Shown piece by piece: positions 61,539 through 64,000 of a stretch of 64,000 nt of DNA (position 1 is the first letter of the stretch; the number at the start of each line of letters is the position of its first letter). The stretch is taken from positions 15,004,001 to 15,068,000 of the forward strand of contig JBHGNT010000009.1 in the NCBI GenBank assembly GCA_043228905.1. The letters are read 5' to 3'. Source of the stretch: Azolla caroliniana (taxonomy: Eukaryota > Plantae > Polypodiophyta). The position numbers were made by a program, and so were the translations under genes. The notes beneath the pieces were generated by a model. That model was not told where the DNA came from, searched no databases, and was given only the letters and a program-made list of their open reading frames with translations.

Positions 61539-63316
61539 CCTACCGTGCAAGCAACAAGTATTGCATCTGCCCTACCCCCATCAGCATTGTCACTAAATCG
61601 ACCATCCACTTGAAGTGAATGGTTGGCGGGTAGGTCGGGTGCAACTCGTCCCGGTGCCGGGTTCCGGAATGCATCTGACAACTCTCGCATGTTGCTACAA
61701 AGTGGTGCACGTCCTTGTACATTCTGGGCCACCAATACTTCTCCTTTAACTTTTCGAACGTGGCCCATGTGCCCCGGTGTCTGGACCAGGGGCTTTCGTG
61801 AAATTCTGATACCAACACTAATTGGTCCTCCTTCTTCATCACCACCCGTAGTGGTGTGCCATTCCACCTCTTCGGAAGAAGAACTTGTAGGCCTTCTTCT
61901 AGACTTGATCGGCCTCCTCCTTCATCCACATTGCGTCTGGCACCATCGTGCTCAGGAACCTTCCAACTTGAAGCCACTCCCCGTCATAGTCATTGTCGTC
62001 GAACTCATTAAGGGCCGGAATGCTTCGTCTGTTTGCCGACATTTGAGCCGACTCGAAGAAGTCCATGCTGACTTCCTCGTCCTCTGATACCATGCCGTCC
62101 TCGTTCTTGAACCGTTCTCTCGAAAGCATATCAGTCATGGTGTTGTCTTTTCCGGACATGTGCCGTATCTTCGGATTCAGAGACTTAATGTACGTCATCC
62201 ACCTGAGCATTGCCAGGTCTAGAGTCGCGCACTCGGAAACCATGCCGAGAATCCGAAGTCTATCTGTATTGATTATCACTTCTGTCCCAATCAAATAGTC
62301 CTTATCAACCTTAACCGCCGAAACAATACCCCAAAGCACGTGCTTAACCTGGGCATATCCTCACTACCGCTCGTTCAGCACCTTGGCACTGAACCAAATG
62401 GGGAACCGTGTGCCGGCCTCGTCCTCTTGATTGATCACCCATCCAATTCCGGCCGGACTCGTGTCGACTGTCACGTAAACCGGAGTGTTCACCTTGTACA
62501 CTGCTTTCCGGAGAGCCAAGGCTATCATCTACATCCCCTTCAGTCTCCAAATTGCCTCCATGTGCTCTCTTTTCCATTAGAACTTCGGCCCTTTCTTGAA
62601 TAAGCCATAGAGCGGCTCAACGATGTGTGTGTAGTGTGGAATCCAAATGTGGTAGAAGGCGCATGCTCCTAGGAATTGTCGAACTTCTGCGACCGAATTG
62701 CATTCCTCCTTCATTGCAGAGATGGCCTCTACCTTTGTCAGAGACGGTTTCCGGCTGTAAGGTCCACATAGGTGCCCGACCACTAGGATTTCTGATTTTC
62801 TGAATTCTAACTTCTTCCCAGAGAAGGTAAACCGAGCGCCCTCAAACCTCTGCAATATCTTCTCACAATCATAGATGTGGTCCACGACAAACCTCCAACA
62901 ACCGTCCGTTCCCACCGACTCGTCTTTCACGTCCTCCGGGCACCCTTTGATTGGGATGTCATCCAAAAAAGGCATTGTGATGTCCGGGATGCAGTCCCTC
63001 AGCACCTTGTTCATTGCGTTCACCATGTGTGCTACCGAGTTGGTTCCTCCTTGAGGTAGGGTACACATCTAAACTAGGCTGAGAGGGGTTCACATCGTCG
63101 TGATATCCCTAGTCTCCACGGCTAGAACTGGTCGAGTTGGAACTGATTGTACCAGGAGTATAGATCCCCAACCGAGTAGATTGACCTTCCGGCGAAGGCC
63201 TTCGTGAACTCATCAATGGTTGGTCCGACTCCTGCATTCCAAATTGTCACTTTGTTAACAGGTTGCAGGTCCTGAATAAAGAGCAGCGTGCCGTTCTTCG
63301 GCACCATAAACCACCG

Positions 63317-64000
63317 TGTCGAGTGAGCAAGCTCAACGAGATCTGGATCAGTTGAATAAGCTAGAGCCAGATCGGTATCCGGAACAAAGAACCGGATAGG
63401 TATCTGGAACCAAGAGCCGGATCGGAGAGACGGATCGTACTCAGGAATAGTGAGAACCGGTAGGTTGTTGGAACCTATAGTCCAAGCCTAGTACTTAGGC
63501 ATATTCCTTGGAGTTAGTGTCAGTCGCTCGTATGAGCATTGAAGTACATGTCAGTACTTCTGCTAGTCCTTTTAAGGACTTGTATAAAAAGTGTTATGTA
63601 GGATATTTGTATACATAGAGTGTTATTATTTTGAATTGAGTTTATGTTGTTCTGCTCTCTTTGTTTGTGTTTTGTGAAGCTTCCATTAAACCTGTACTCT
63701 TTTTGTTGCTATCCCGGTGAACCGGTTTGTCAAAGCTTCCGCATATTAACTTTGACATGGTATTAGAGCGTGAGGGTTGAGAACCTCTGCTGCCGACAAC
63801 TGCTTGAAACGGGCAAACCCTAATCACCGGTAAAGAACAGGAGCTAGATATGGACAAAAGCATGGCGAGCTTGCTTCTTACAGAAAAGCTCGACCAGAGC
63901 AACTATGCGTCCTACTCGTATAAAATGCATTAGTACCTGATGGGGCATGGATACTGCAACTACATGGAAGGAGCAAATGAAGCAACGCCGGATTCGGCAC
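63317..64000 (+). mobile_element. Copia (B family) 5' LTR, PBS and start of gag, running off the window end
   Basis: LTR 63317-63757; TGGTATTAGAGCG; MASLLLTEKLDQSNYAS. Confidence 0.85.

Larger units (their letters stand above)
54129..63316 (-). mobile_element. Non-chromovirus Gypsy of the TGTCG family: 3' LTR 54129-55004, INT, RH, RT; split by chromovirus 2 and cut by the Copia at 63317
   Basis: FIQDLQPVNKVT, PQGGTNS, MPFLDDIPIKG, VRQFLG, HHCC (FHESPW..H, CESCQ), TTAYNQEANGKVER; PPT next to 55004. Confidence 0.88.

Overview
Eukaryotic, non-seed-plant-like DNA (probably a fern, by inference from a DYW:WW-type PPR gene, Tcn1-like chromoviruses and RTEX-like LINEs). Most of the window is nested transposable elements: two RTEX-like LINEs, an L1-type ORF1 fragment, two chromodomain Gypsy elements, about nine Copia copies or fragments (one intact and very young), three Gypsy-type elements with TGTCG...CGACA ends, solo LTRs and DNA-transposon fragments. 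One host gene is evident, a minus-strand PLS-class PPR-DYW gene. The main finding is that the ORF track truncates this gene. An 89-nt phase-0 GT-AG intron (50736-50824) joins an upstream exon and reconstitutes an OSB-type PDF (single-stranded-DNA-binding) motif at the N-terminus, and the deaminase site reads CSE instead of HSE. Other notable signals are antisense tRNA-like A/B-box modules in the LTRs of unrelated Gypsy elements, Tf1-style self-priming sites in both chromoviruses, ACG[C/G] target sites for the TGTCG family, a young gag-only element with structured LTRs, a copy-number-variable 54-bp LTR array, and a TSD-less insert rich in 14-bp palindromes. All calls come from reading the sequence by eye; no database searches were run.
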